64,000 nt of DNA from contig JAZURI010000002.1 in NCBI GenBank assembly GCA_045606105.1, positions 192,001-256,000 on the forward strand, given 5' to 3'. Source of the DNA: Spirochaetia bacterium. Its GTDB lineage: Bacteria > Spirochaetota > Spirochaetia > CADAEX01. Below, in pieces: positions 1-10,380 of the stretch. The first letter of the stretch is position 1. Every line of letters begins with the position of its first letter. The notes under the pieces were generated by a model. The model did no database searches. It saw only the letters and a list, made by a program, of their open reading frames with translations, and had not been told where the DNA came from. A program made the position numbers and the translations under genes.

Positions 1-829
1 TGATGAAGTGACTCCAGCTGTAGAGCCTTTCCGCATCCTCAATGGAAATATCCTGAATCTCAGCACCCAGGCGGATTGCCTCCTTTTCATTTTCATTCAT
101 CCATTTTACAGCCTTTTCATAAGCGGAAAGGTAGATTTCCAGCATATCCGGATACTCTTCCACGAACTTCTTTCCGGCTGCTGCAACGAGAAGCGGCTTT
201 ACATACCCTTCACAGGTAACCAGGATTCTGGCACCGTTCTTTTCGGCTGCAATCACGGCTGCTGCCGCGGCAAGAGCACAGTCCACTTTTCCGGCCAGCA
301 TGGCAGAGGTTGCGTTAGGAATACTCATATTGACGAAATTGATATCCTTGCGGCTCATTCCCTCCTTGGCAAGAACTGCTTCCAGAAGTTCGTCAAGCAC
401 GGTACCTCTCGGACCTGCCACAGTCTTTCCCCTGAGGTCGGCAGGAGTCTTTACGGAATCATTGGCTGTGATGATGGTGAACATCTGCTCCGGTCTGCTG
501 AAGCCTGAGAAGATTTCCACAGGGTTTCCGGCAGCATTTGCAAGAATCACCGATGCGGTATTGATAACAGATGCAATATCCAGGGAGCCGGCAGCTATTG
601 CTTCGGACTGCTTGGCACCGGAATTGATCTCGTAATAATTTACCTTGATACCTTTCTTTCCGAATTCCTCTTCTGCAATCTGCTTTTCCTTCATGATGAT
701 GAGAGGAAGGTTAAAAGGATCCCTTACATAGGAGATATTGATTTCTTCAAGCTCCTTCTCCCCTTTGCCCGATGCAAATGAAGAGACTGCAAGAAGAACC
801 ATGAGAGTAAAACAAAGGATTTTTTTCAT
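1..829 (-). CDS. ABC transporter substrate-binding protein, NitT/TauT (SsuA/THI5-like) family; runs off the left edge
   Basis: Not in the ORF track because it has no stop in the window. Reading from ATG at 829 gives MKKILCFTLMVLLAVSSFASGKGEKELEEINISYVRDPFNLPLII...SGAKQSEAIAAGSLDIA...ADLRGKTVAGPRGT...AMLAGKVDCA, typical of SsuA/TauA binding proteins; AAGGA SD upstream. Confidence 0.85.
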   Translation of the reverse strand, partial: MKKILCFTLMVLLAVSSFASGKGEKELEEINISYVRDPFNLPLIIMKEKQIAEEEFGKKGIKVNYYEINSGAKQSEAIAAGSLDIASVINTASVILANAAGNPVEIFSGFSRPEQMFTIITANDSVKTPADLRGKTVAGPRGTVLDELLEAVLAKEGMSRKDINFVNMSIPNATSAMLAGKVDCALAAAAAVIAAEKNGARILVTCEGYVKPLLVAAAGKKFVEEYPDMLEIYLSAYEKAVKWMNENEKEAIRLGAEIQDISIEDAERLYSWSHFI

Positions 830-941
830 GATGTTTTTCCTTAGACAGGTCAGTGTCCCGGAGGACCTTTCCATTCAGATTTATTCTTTCATACGAAAGA
901 TTTCCATGGGGTCAGCACAGGCTTCCCCCTAAGAAGCATTG

Positions 942-1187
942 TTATCTGGCAGAGTAAACTGTCTTGGTGCTGATTCCCCGGAGCATTCCCAGCTTTCCCG
1001 AAAGGGCGCTGATGATATCGGTAGGAGCATCCACCGCAATGCTGATGACTGAGATGTTCTTCTCCCTGTAGGGGATTCCCATACGGCCGATGATATAGCT
1101 GCTGTAGTCATGAAGAATGCTGTTCATTCTCTCCACAGCCTCCGGATTTTCGATAATTATACCAATAAGGGCTACTCTTGTTTCCAT
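942..1187 (-). CDS. TM1266 family putative regulator of the iron-only hydrogenase system (ACT-like)
   Basis: METRVALIGIIIEN...ILHDYSSYIIGRMGIPYREKNISVISIAVDAP...ISALSGKLG matches the TM1266 family consensus. Confidence 0.9.
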   Translation of the reverse strand: METRVALIGIIIENPEAVERMNSILHDYSSYIIGRMGIPYREKNISVISIAVDAPTDIISALSGKLGMLRGISTKTVYSAR

Positions 1188-1222
1188 ACTTGAATTATAT
1201 AAAAAAAAAGCCCTTTTGACAA
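1188..1222 (-). promoter_or_regulatory. Sigma70-type promoter giving a leaderless TM1266 mRNA
   Basis: TTGTCA (1222-1217), 17 nt, TATAAT (1199-1194), 6 nt, ATG at 1187; no SD. Confidence 0.7.
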
Positions 1223-1226
1223 TAAA

Positions 1227-2243
1227 TCAGAGAATAATCATGCAGTCGCCGTAGGAAAAGAAACGGTATCTTTCGGAAACGGCATGGGAATAGGCCTCTT
1301 TTATGAGCTTTTCTCCTGCAAAGGCTGAAACCAGCATAAGGAGCGTGGATTCAGGGGTATGGAAATTGGTAAAGAGCCTGTCCACGAACCTGAAGCTGTA
1401 GCCCGGATAGATGAATATGGAGGTTGAGCTGCTTCCCGGAGGAATGATACCCTCCCGGCAGGCCGATTCCAGGGTACGCATGGAGGTGGTACCTACGGCG
1501 GTTATCCTCTTTCCGGCTCTCTTTGCTTCATTGAGCTTATCCGAAACATCCTGAGGAATAAAATACTCCTCCGTATGCATTCTGTGGTCCTCGATATTTT
1601 CGCTGCGGATAGGAAAGAAGGTTCCGGCACCCACATGGAGGGTTACCTCAAGAATTTCTGTCCCTTTTCCTTTCAGCTTTTCAAGGATTTCATCGGTAAA
1701 ATGAAGTCCTGCCGTAGGAGCTGCCACCGAGCCTGTCTCCTTGGCATAGATGGTCTGATACCTGCTGCTGTCCATTTCCTCATCACTGCGCTTAATGTAG
1801 GGTGGCAGCGGAACATGGGCATTCCGGTCAAGATACAGGTCATCTATCACACGGGAAAATTCTAGAATCCTGGAATCATCATGAACCTCTGTGATTACCC
1901 CGGTCACATCCTCAGGAAAGCTGAATTCCTTTCCCGGAACCTGTTTCCGGCTCTTTTTGCAGATAACCTCCCAGCTTCTGTCCGAAAGGGGCCGGAGCAG
2001 AAAGAACTCCACCCTTCCTCCCGTCCTGCTGGTTCCGTAGATCCTGGCTTTCCGGACCTTTGTATTGTTTACCACAAGGATATCGTTTTCATCGAAATAA
2101 TCGGTGATGTCGGCTATGTTCCTGTCCAGATAAAGCCCCTTTTCCCGGTCAAGAACCATCATCCTGGATGTTCCCCTGACTTCGGGCGGATACTGGGCTA
2201 TAAGCTCCTGGGGAAGGTCAAAACTGAAGTCGCTGGTTTTCAT
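1227..2243 (-). CDS. queA: S-adenosylmethionine:tRNA ribosyltransferase-isomerase
   Basis: [60 protein letters not shown] motifs. Confidence 0.97.
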   Translation of the reverse strand: MKTSDFSFDLPQELIAQYPPEVRGTSRMMVLDREKGLYLDRNIADITDYFDENDILVVNNTKVRKARIYGTSRTGGRVEFFLLRPLSDRSWEVICKKSRKQVPGKEFSFPEDVTGVITEVHDDSRILEFSRVIDDLYLDRNAHVPLPPYIKRSDEEMDSSRYQTIYAKETGSVAAPTAGLHFTDEILEKLKGKGTEILEVTLHVGAGTFFPIRSENIEDHRMHTEEYFIPQDVSDKLNEAKRAGKRITAVGTTSMRTLESACREGIIPPGSSSTSIFIYPGYSFRFVDRLFTNFHTPESTLLMLVSAFAGEKLIKEAYSHAVSERYRFFSYGDCMIIL

Positions 2244-3252
2244 CGTTTCCTCCCGGTTCCAGTCCCAGATGCTGATATGCGGCCTGTGTCACGATTCTCC
2301 CTCTCGGTGTACGCTGTATGAAGCCTCTCTGGATAAGATAAGGCTCGTAGAAATCCTCCAGTGTTTCGGTGGATTCTCCTACGGATATGGCAAGGGTATC
2401 GGCTCCCACGGGACCGCCGGAATAGTTTTCTATAATTACCCTGAGTATTTCCCGGTCCTGCTTTTCAAGACCGCATTCATCGATACCCAGCTTGGAAAGA
2501 CCGAAACGTACAGTATCCACGGTGATGATATTACTGCCTGAAATCTGGGCAAAATCCCTCATTCTACGGAGAATGCGGTTGGCTACACGGGGAGTTCCCC
2601 TGCAGCAGGAGGCCATGAGATCCAGAGCCCTGTCATCTATTTCTATATTCAGGATAGCTGCGGAACGGGTGAGAATATTTATTATTTCATCCTTTTCGTA
2701 GAGATTCATCCTGATGTTGATACCAAAACGGCTGAAAAGAGGACTTGAAACATTGCCCGACTTGGTGGTGGCCCCCACAAGGGTGAAGGGCGGTATCGGC
2801 AGTCTGATGGAACGGGCGGAAGGACCCTGCCCTATGATCCAGTCCAGCTCGAAATCCTCCATGGCAATATAGAGCATCTCCTCGATGGCCGGCTTGAGAC
2901 GATGGATTTCATCTATGAAGAAAACCGTATTCGGGGAAATGGTGGTAAGAAGACCTGCCAGATCCTTTGGTTTATCCAGTGCCGGAGCAGAGGTAACCTT
3001 GAACTCGCTCCCCATTTCATGTGCAATGATACCGGCAAGGGTGGTTTTTCCCAATCCCGGAGGGCCGCTGAAAAAAACATGATCCAGGCTTTCGCCTCTT
3101 CCCTTGGCTGCCTTGAGAAAAATCCTGAGATTCTCCTTGAGCTGCTTCTGCCCCTGGAAGTCGTCGAGACTCACGGGCCTGAGAGCCGTATCCTTTCTGT
3201 CCTCAGGTATGATGCTACCGGATAAAATGTTATCGTCTTCTGTTTCTATCAT
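2218..3252 (-). CDS. ruvB: Holliday junction branch migration helicase RuvB
   Basis: [14 protein letters not shown] (Walker A), [35 protein letters not shown]. Confidence 0.98.
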   Translation of the reverse strand: MIETEDDNILSGSIIPEDRKDTALRPVSLDDFQGQKQLKENLRIFLKAAKGRGESLDHVFFSGPPGLGKTTLAGIIAHEMGSEFKVTSAPALDKPKDLAGLLTTISPNTVFFIDEIHRLKPAIEEMLYIAMEDFELDWIIGQGPSARSIRLPIPPFTLVGATTKSGNVSSPLFSRFGINIRMNLYEKDEIINILTRSAAILNIEIDDRALDLMASCCRGTPRVANRILRRMRDFAQISGSNIITVDTVRFGLSKLGIDECGLEKQDREILRVIIENYSGGPVGADTLAISVGESTETLEDFYEPYLIQRGFIQRTPRGRIVTQAAYQHLGLEPGGNDENQRLQF

Positions 3253-3848
3253 GTGCTTAACATTACGATGGCCTGCTTGAAGAGATATTTCTCAAGCTCA
3301 TCTTCCTTCATGTTCTTAGTATCGGAATTTTTCAGCACTTCATCAACAGCTTTCTGTGCCTTTCTGCGGTCGAAGCCCATATCCGAAAGTGCATTGACAA
3401 TATCGCCGAACCTGTGCTTTTCCTCCGGAATCTCCTCCTCTGTCCTGACAAGCTTTCCCCTGAGGGCAAGCAGTATCTTCTGGGCAGTTTTCTTTCCGAT
3501 ACCCGGAATACCTGCCAGCAGCTCCACATCATCCCTGTCCAGGGCCTCTGCCAGCTGGTCCACTGTAACCGAGGAGAGCATCTTCATGGCCTGCTTCGGA
3601 CCGATTCCGCTGACCTTGAGAAGCTCCAGGAAAAAAAGTCTTTCATCTGAAGAGCTGAAACCGTAAAGCTTTACTGCATCCTCTCTGTGAAGCAGATAGA
3701 TGTAGAGCCTGCACTCCTCCCCGTTTCCGGGAAGAGCTCCCAGTGTCTTGGTGGATACGGTAATATCCCATTCTATTCCCGACGGGCTGAGAAGAAATAC
3801 ATTTTCCGCCCCCTTGTGGGTCAGCGTGCCGTATAATGAATTAAACAT
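3249..3848 (-). CDS. ruvA: Holliday junction branch migration protein RuvA
   Basis: Likely start MFNSLYGTL at 3848, overlapping the ruvC stop; [29 protein letters not shown] HhH motifs. Confidence 0.95.
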   Translation of the reverse strand: MFNSLYGTLTHKGAENVFLLSPSGIEWDITVSTKTLGALPGNGEECRLYIYLLHREDAVKLYGFSSSDERLFFLELLKVSGIGPKQAMKMLSSVTVDQLAEALDRDDVELLAGIPGIGKKTAQKILLALRGKLVRTEEEIPEEKHRFGDIVNALSDMGFDRRKAQKAVDEVLKNSDTKNMKEDELEKYLFKQAIVMLST

Positions 3849-4323
3849 TGTTAAAGCTCCTGTTGTTGAAATGACAGATAGCGGCAGACAAGGCATCGGC
3901 AGCATGGTCGGGTCTAGGAACCTTTTCAAGGTTAAGTATAAGGCGTACCATTTCCTGCACCTGCTTCTTTTCAGCCCGCCCCTCTCCTACCACGGCCCTT
4001 TTTATGACCTGAGGGGAATATTCCGCCACCGGAAGGTTTCTCATTGCAAATGCAAGCTGAATAACCCCCTTTGCATGGGCTACCGGAATACCGCTGGTTA
4101 TATTCTTTACGAAAAAAAGTCCTTCTACGCCGGCTTCATCAGGCTTATAGGTATCAAGAACCTGATTGATGTCCTTAAAAATGACGAAAAGCCGCTGAGA
4201 CAGCGGCATTTCGGGAAGAGTTTTGATAACTCCGTGACTTATATATCTGATTTTGTTTCCTTCAGACTCAATAATACCGTAGCCTGTGGAGGCGAGTCCC
4301 GGATCTACTCCGATAATTCTCAC
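3841..4323 (-). CDS. ruvC: Crossover junction endodeoxyribonuclease RuvC
   Basis: IIGVDPGLASTGYG, EGLFF, GRAEKKQVQEMV, PDHAADALSAAICH; GTG start. Confidence 0.97.
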   Translation of the reverse strand: MRIIGVDPGLASTGYGIIESEGNKIRYISHGVIKTLPEMPLSQRLFVIFKDINQVLDTYKPDEAGVEGLFFVKNITSGIPVAHAKGVIQLAFAMRNLPVAEYSPQVIKRAVVGEGRAEKKQVQEMVRLILNLEKVPRPDHAADALSAAICHFNNRSFNNV

Positions 4324-4331
4324 TTTATTAA

Positions 4332-5075
4332 TCAGTCTTCCATTTCAAAGTCGTCAGGAACTTCCAGGTTTGTTGAAACGTTCTGAACGTCATCAAGATC
4401 CTCAAGTCTTTCGATAAGCTTAAGGGCCTTTGCTGTCTTTTCCTTGTCTACAGAAACCATAAGATCCGCAATTCTGCTTACTTCTGCCTCTGTCTGCTCG
4501 AAACCTGCCTTGTTGAGAGCATCGAGAACAGCCATGAAATCTTCAGGAGCTGTAATAACCTCAATGGTTCCGTCTTCTGTGCTTACATCGTCTGCGCCTG
4601 CTTCAAGAGCTACGGAGAAAATGTCATCTTCGCTGTATTTTGATGCATCAAAAGCAATAACACCCTTTCTCTTGAAAAGATGGGATACGCTTCCTGTGGC
4701 ACCGAGGTTTCCGCCGCCCTTTGTAAGAACACTTCTTACATCAGCTGCAGTTCTGTTCTTGTTGTCTGTAAGTGTTTCAATAAGAAGGGCAACTCCGCCC
4801 GGGCCATAACCTTCGTACATGAGTTCTACATATTCAACACCTTCAAGCTCACCTGTACCTTTCTTAATGGCTTTATCGATATTATCCTTAGGCATGTTTG
4901 CTGCTTTTGCCTTGAGAATGATGGCACGGAGTCTTGGGTTTCCTTCCTCGTCACCGCCGCCCATTTTGGCTGCAACAGTAATTTCCTTGATAATTTTTGT
5001 AAAAATCTGACCGCGCTTTGCGTCAGCAGCACCTTTTTTATGCTTGATACTTGCCCATTTGCTATGACCGGACAT
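4332..5075 (-). CDS. yebC: YebC/PmpR family protein
   Basis: [39 protein letters not shown]; classic position before ruvC. Confidence 0.97.
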   Translation of the reverse strand: MSGHSKWASIKHKKGAADAKRGQIFTKIIKEITVAAKMGGGDEEGNPRLRAIILKAKAANMPKDNIDKAIKKGTGELEGVEYVELMYEGYGPGGVALLIETLTDNKNRTAADVRSVLTKGGGNLGATGSVSHLFKRKGVIAFDASKYSEDDIFSVALEAGADDVSTEDGTIEVITAPEDFMAVLDALNKAGFEQTEAEVSRIADLMVSVDKEKTAKALKLIERLEDLDDVQNVSTNLEVPDDFEMED

Positions 5076-5158
5076 AAAGTCTCCTTAAACTATATAGATT
5101 GAAAAAAATCTATCATATGAGAAAACCTCGGTCAAGAGGTTGCCCACATGATTTGGTT

Positions 5159-6376
5159 TTACTTTGTTATGACACGGACGAATTTTTTCTTTCCGCCGCG
5201 GATAACCACTTCGCCGTCACTGTCAAGAACTGAGGCATCGATTACTGCCTTCACATCCCTGATATTGCTGTCGGCCACTACTGCACCACCCTGCTCTATG
5301 AGACGGCGTGCATCACTTTTTGTTCCTCCCAGAGCCCTGAAGAAAAGTTCTGTAATAAGGATACCTTTTTCAAAATCCTCTCTCGGAATCTCGATGGAAG
5401 GCATGTTTTCCTTGTTTCCGCTTCCGCTGAAGGCTGCCCTGGCACCTGAAAGGGCCTTGTCGGCCTCCTCCCTGCCGTGGATAAGGGCAGTAACCTCCCA
5501 CGCAAGTCTTTCCTTGGCCTCATTGATGTTGCCCTGACAGATTGCCGCAATTTCATCAAGTGAAAGGAAAGTGAAGAGCTTGAAGAATTTCTCCACATCA
5601 GGATCGTTTACATTTCTCCAGTACTGGAAAAAGTCGTATACAGGTGTAAGCTCAGGATCCAGGAAAATGGCTCCCTTCTCGCTCTTTCCCATTTTCTGAC
5701 CGTCGGCCCTGGTTACAAGCGGGAATGTGAGACCGAAGGCTTCATCTCCGGTAAGACGACGGATAAGGTCGATTCCTGCAACTATGTTACCCCACTGGTC
5801 ATCACCGCCGATCTGGAGACAGGCATTGTATTTCCTGTGGAGGTTGAGATAGTCAAAGCTCTGGAGAAGCTGATAGTTGAACTCGATGAATGAGAGACCT
5901 GTTTCCATTCTTTTCCTGTAGGACTCGAAGGTAAGCATCTTGTTTACGGAAAACTGGGAACCGATTTCCCTGAGGAAGTCGATGTAGTTCAGGTCTGCCA
6001 GCCAGTCCTTGTTGTTTACGGAATAGGCTTCGTTTCCGTCGAAACCGATGAAACGGTCCAGCTGGGCTGTAATTGATTTTGTATTTTCGTCAAGTGTTTC
6101 ATAGGAAAGCATCTTGCGCATTTCTGTCTTTCCGGACGGATCGCCGATTCTTGCGGTTCCCCCTCCCACCAGGGCAATTCCCTTGTGTCCCATGGCCTTC
6201 AGATGGCGGAGTGCGAAGAACGGTACCATATGACCGATATGAAGACTCGGTCCTGTTGGGTCACAGCCCACATAAAAGGTAACAGGTCCCTTGTCCATAA
6301 GGGCGGAAAGCCCTTCGATATCGGTACACTGCTGGAAAAAACCCCTTTCCTTTAAAACTTCAAGTGCCTTGTTCAT
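5159..6376 (-). CDS. tyrS: Tyrosine--tRNA ligase
   Basis: YVGCDPTGPSLHIGH, EFNYQLLQSFD, QIGGDDQWGNI, KMGKS, C-terminal S4 domain. Confidence 0.97.
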   Translation of the reverse strand: MNKALEVLKERGFFQQCTDIEGLSALMDKGPVTFYVGCDPTGPSLHIGHMVPFFALRHLKAMGHKGIALVGGGTARIGDPSGKTEMRKMLSYETLDENTKSITAQLDRFIGFDGNEAYSVNNKDWLADLNYIDFLREIGSQFSVNKMLTFESYRKRMETGLSFIEFNYQLLQSFDYLNLHRKYNACLQIGGDDQWGNIVAGIDLIRRLTGDEAFGLTFPLVTRADGQKMGKSEKGAIFLDPELTPVYDFFQYWRNVNDPDVEKFFKLFTFLSLDEIAAICQGNINEAKERLAWEVTALIHGREEADKALSGARAAFSGSGNKENMPSIEIPREDFEKGILITELFFRALGGTKSDARRLIEQGGAVVADSNIRDVKAVIDASVLDSDGEVVIRGGKKKFVRVITK

Positions 6377-6386
6377 CTGTACTTCC

Positions 6387-7721
6387 TTAAACCCTCTTGT
6401 AATCCTTGTCTGCCTGACGGATTACTGCCGGGATATCCTCGATTCTGATTCTCTTCTGTTCCATGGAATCCCTGAATCTGATAGTTACGGTCCCGTTTTC
6501 CTTTGTATCGTAGTCTACTGTGATACAGTAAGGAGTTCCGATTTCATCCTGGCGTCTGTATCTGCGTCCGATAGCACCGCCCTGATCGTAATATGTGGTG
6601 AAATCCTCTCTCAGGTTCTTTTCGATCTCCTGTGCCATTTCAGCCAGTCCGTCCTTCTTTACCAGTGGGAAAACTGCAACCTTGATAGGGGCAACAGCCG
6701 GATGGAAATGGAGAACAACTCTGGAATCCTCTCCTTCAACTGCCTGCTCTTCGTAAGCATCTGAAAGAACTGTAAGAACTGTTCTTGTAAGACCTGCCGA
6801 TGTTTCAATAATATATGGAATGTATTTCCTGTTTGTTCCGTCTTCAAGATAGGACTGATCCTTTCCGGAATATTCGGAATGGCGTGTAAGGTCAAAGTTT
6901 GTTCTGTTGTGAACACCTTCAAGCTCCTGGAAGCCCATCGGGAATTCATATTCGATGTCGTATGCGCATTTTGCATAGTGTGCCAGCTCGTCCGGACCGT
7001 GCTCATGCCATCTGAGCTTGCTTTCCCTGATACCAAGCTTCTTGTAGTAGTTCCAGCGTTCGCCTCTCCAGTAATCAAACCATTTGTCGTCATCCTCAGG
7101 CTGAACGAAGAACTGCATCTCCATCTGCTCGAATTCACAGGTTCTGAAAATGAAGTTCTTGGTTGTGATCTCGTTTCTGAAAGCCTTTCCTACCTGTGCG
7201 ATACCGAAAGGAACCTTCATTCTGCAGTTCTGAACCACATTCTTGAAGTTTACGTAGATACCCTGTGCAGTTTCGGGACGGAGATAGACAATGCTTCCGT
7301 TTTCCTCCACCGGACCGATATGGGTCTTGAACATAAGGTTGAATTTTCTGGTTTCTGTAAGCTCGCCGCCGCATTCCGGACAGATCTTGCTTTTTGCGTT
7401 TTCTTCAGGAATCTTGTCCTCCCTGAATCTCTGCTTGCATTTCTTGCAGTCAACAAGAGGGTCTGTGAAGTTCTCCACATGACCGGAGGCTTCCCATACT
7501 CTCGGATGCATCATGATTGCAGCATCGATACCTACAATATTATCATGAAGTCTGGTCATTTCCTTCCACCAGAATTCCTGGATATTCTTTTTCAGGGCGA
7601 TTCCCAGAGGACCGTAGTCCCATGCTGAAGAAAGACCGCCGTAAATTTCACTTGACTGGAAGATAAAACCTCTTCTTTTACACAAGGAAACCAAGGTTTC
7701 CATACTAAGGTTGTTACTCAT
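6387..7721 (-). CDS. glyQS: Glycine--tRNA ligase (alpha2 homodimeric type)
   Basis: SEIYGG, WDYGPLG, YLRPETAQGIYVNF, FRNEI, EFEQME, IGRRYRRQDEIGTP. Confidence 0.96.
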   Translation of the reverse strand: MSNNLSMETLVSLCKRRGFIFQSSEIYGGLSSAWDYGPLGIALKKNIQEFWWKEMTRLHDNIVGIDAAIMMHPRVWEASGHVENFTDPLVDCKKCKQRFREDKIPEENAKSKICPECGGELTETRKFNLMFKTHIGPVEENGSIVYLRPETAQGIYVNFKNVVQNCRMKVPFGIAQVGKAFRNEITTKNFIFRTCEFEQMEMQFFVQPEDDDKWFDYWRGERWNYYKKLGIRESKLRWHEHGPDELAHYAKCAYDIEYEFPMGFQELEGVHNRTNFDLTRHSEYSGKDQSYLEDGTNRKYIPYIIETSAGLTRTVLTVLSDAYEEQAVEGEDSRVVLHFHPAVAPIKVAVFPLVKKDGLAEMAQEIEKNLREDFTTYYDQGGAIGRRYRRQDEIGTPYCITVDYDTKENGTVTIRFRDSMEQKRIRIEDIPAVIRQADKDYKRV

Positions 7722-9195
7722 TTTTTACCCCATCACTTAATATTTTTATTGCTTTTTGTATTCTGTTATGTGTTGTTTCCCCACCGAGAAGCTTGATAGA
7801 ACCCACAATCGGAGGAGAAATCTTTGTACCTGTAACCGCCACACGGAGCACCATGAGGAAATCTCCGAGCTTTACACCGATCTCACCGCATTTTTCCCTG
7901 AGAAGAGGCTCTATCTCCTCCTCTGTCATGGAAATGAACTGCTCTGTCATGGAATCGAGAACCCTGAGAATCTCTGCAGATCCCTCAGCACTTCCCTTTT
8001 TTGGAATAAGCTCGTTAGGATCGGCAATTTCAGGCTCTCTGAAAAGGAAACCGATGACTTCCGGAATATCGGAAAGATATTTAAGCCTTTCCTTGGCAAG
8101 AGGAACCGCATTCCTGAGAACTGCCTCCTCTTCCGGCTTTACCGGCTGGCTGACAAGTCCGGCCTGAACAAGATATGGCATCAGAAGGGCTGTAAGCTCG
8201 TCATCGCTTTTCTTCCTGATATACTGACCGTTGAACCAGTCCAGCTTCTTGTAGTCGAAGACTCCCGGTGCCTTGTTCAGCTTGTCAAGGGTGAAAAGCT
8301 CCTCAAGCTCTTCTCTTGAAAAGAATTCCCTGCTGTCGTCATAGGACCATCCGATAAGGGAAACATAGTTGAGGATTGCTTCCGGAAGATATCCCTTTGC
8401 CCTGAAATCCCTGAGAGATGTGGAGCCGTGGCGTTTTGAAAGCTTCTGTCCGTCACTTCCCATTACCATAGGAAGATGGCAGTATACCGGAGGCTTCCAT
8501 CCGAAGGCTTCATAGAGGATGACATGGAGAGGAATGGAAGGTACCCACTCCTGAGCCCTGAGGATATGTGTTATCTTCATGAAATGGTCATCAATGATGT
8601 TTGCAAGATGATATGTTGGGAATCCGTCTGACTTGAGCAGGATAGGATCCGGGTTTACATCGCTGTTTTTCTTCTTCATCTTTCCGAGAAGAAAATCCTC
8701 GTATTCGGTATATCCGTCAAGAGGAATCTTCAGTCTGATTACAGGCTTGATTCCTGCATCCTTGTAAACCTGCTGCTCCTCCTCGGTAAGGTCGCGGCAT
8801 TTTCTGTCATAGCCGAATTCCTTTTTCTCCTGCTGCTGCTTTTCCCTGAGCTTTTCAAGCCTCTCGGAGGTACAGTAGCAGTAATATGCATGTCCGCTTT
8901 CCACAAGCTTTCTGGCATATTCCCGGTAAAGCTCCGTTCTCTGGGACTGCACGTAAGGGCCGTATTCTCCCCCCGCTTCAGGTCCCTCGTCCCAGCTGAC
9001 ACCCAGCCATCTGAGAGTGGAATAAAGATCATCCAGCGCCTCGGTCTGATATCTTTCACGGTCTGTATCCTCTATTCTGAGGAGGAATTTACCGCCGTTG
9101 GCCCTGGCAAAAAAATAGTTGAAAAGTGCTGTCCTTACACCGCCGATGTGCTGAAGACCTGTAGGTGAAGGGGCATATCTTACTCTGACTTCCAT
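7714..9195 (-). CDS. gltX: Glutamate--tRNA ligase
   Basis: RYAPSPTGLQHIGG, RIEDTD, YYCYCT, PTYHLA, KLSKRHG. Confidence 0.97.
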   Translation of the reverse strand: MEVRVRYAPSPTGLQHIGGVRTALFNYFFARANGGKFLLRIEDTDRERYQTEALDDLYSTLRWLGVSWDEGPEAGGEYGPYVQSQRTELYREYARKLVESGHAYYCYCTSERLEKLREKQQQEKKEFGYDRKCRDLTEEEQQVYKDAGIKPVIRLKIPLDGYTEYEDFLLGKMKKKNSDVNPDPILLKSDGFPTYHLANIIDDHFMKITHILRAQEWVPSIPLHVILYEAFGWKPPVYCHLPMVMGSDGQKLSKRHGSTSLRDFRAKGYLPEAILNYVSLIGWSYDDSREFFSREELEELFTLDKLNKAPGVFDYKKLDWFNGQYIRKKSDDELTALLMPYLVQAGLVSQPVKPEEEAVLRNAVPLAKERLKYLSDIPEVIGFLFREPEIADPNELIPKKGSAEGSAEILRVLDSMTEQFISMTEEEIEPLLREKCGEIGVKLGDFLMVLRVAVTGTKISPPIVGSIKLLGGETTHNRIQKAIKILSDGVKNE

Positions 9196-9209
9196 AAAAA
9201 CCTCTTAAT

Positions 9210-10379
9210 TTATTCCCTGTTCCAGATTCGTCTATAAGAACTGTTTGCTGTATTCTTCCATACTCCGAAGCCATAGGTCATAGCATACAGGTCGAATGTG
9301 ACACCGTCCGGATACATATCCACGAAGAAATTGTTCACAGGGGCAGTACTGATATCAAATGAAAGGTATTCGTAATAATCGGAAAGTACCTCCACAGATC
9401 TTCTCGGTCTGTCCGGATCGAGATGAGAATCCTTGTCGGTTCTAGGATTATGAACCTCATAATACCCTTTGCACCCCGTAATACCCGATCCTATGACAAG
9501 CATCTTGTGTGTGGTGCTTGCAGAAGTAGGTACGTTAAGCAGAGCCATTCCCTGAAGACCGATACCGCTCGGTGTGTTGTCATCGCTCTGGATCCAGGCT
9601 GTGGAGGCTGCGGAGGCAGGTGTATCCACGGCATAGACATAACCTTCGCTGTCTCCCGAATAGAGCCTGTCGTCAACAGTGTCATAGTAAACACGTCCGA
9701 AGATCTCTTCTTCATCCTTCAGCTCACCTGAGCCTTTCCTTGGTGTAAAATCGGTCCAGCTGTTATACTGACCCCTGTAGATCTTGTACTGTGCATTGAG
9801 ATACCGGGTAGTTCCGTCGGAAACGATGTCGAACACACCTGTGGATGTAACATAAAGCTTAGGAAGGGATGTATCCTGGTTGAAGGTTGCTCCCTTGTCT
9901 GTGGAATAATAGAAATTTCCGCTCTTGTCGGAAAGATAGATGATATCGTCAGCAATACTGAGCTTGCATATCTTCCTGTCCACCGGTGTGGGAACCGGGG
10001 TCCATGTACCGGAACCGTCGCCCTGAAAAAGAAGGGTCTCCACATTGTCCTTGTCGTATGAGAGAATGAATATGGTACCGTCGCTGTGAAGGGCCATTTC
10101 TGTAGTATAGTGGCATCCCTGCGGATTAGGAACCCTGTTCCAGTCCAGTTCCCTTCCCTCTGCCTGCTTCTTGAAGATGGTTCCTGCGGCAACATAGAGA
10201 TAACCGCCGGTCTTTATCATTGTATCGGAGGTTACGGAGTTAGGCATGGAATAGTCCTTAACCTTCTCTTCCACGCTGAGACCGTAGAAGATACCTACAT
10301 CACTGTCGTTGCAGGATACGGAAAACAGAAGAAAAACAGCCACGACTGCATTAAGTAATATCTTTTTCATTTCAGCCAC
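9210..10379 (-). CDS. Hypothetical lipoprotein, beta-rich (possible beta-propeller)
   Basis: MKKILLNAVVAVFLLFSVS-C lipobox (alternative start ATG 10370); Asp-box-like YSTDKGATF; periodic Trp/Tyr strands. Confidence 0.7.
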   Translation of the reverse strand: MAEMKKILLNAVVAVFLLFSVSCNDSDVGIFYGLSVEEKVKDYSMPNSVTSDTMIKTGGYLYVAAGTIFKKQAEGRELDWNRVPNPQGCHYTTEMALHSDGTIFILSYDKDNVETLLFQGDGSGTWTPVPTPVDRKICKLSIADDIIYLSDKSGNFYYSTDKGATFNQDTSLPKLYVTSTGVFDIVSDGTTRYLNAQYKIYRGQYNSWTDFTPRKGSGELKDEEEIFGRVYYDTVDDRLYSGDSEGYVYAVDTPASAASTAWIQSDDNTPSGIGLQGMALLNVPTSASTTHKMLVIGSGITGCKGYYEVHNPRTDKDSHLDPDRPRRSVEVLSDYYEYLSFDISTAPVNNFFVDMYPDGVTFDLYAMTYGFGVWKNTANSSYRRIWNRE

Positions 10380-10380
10380 C

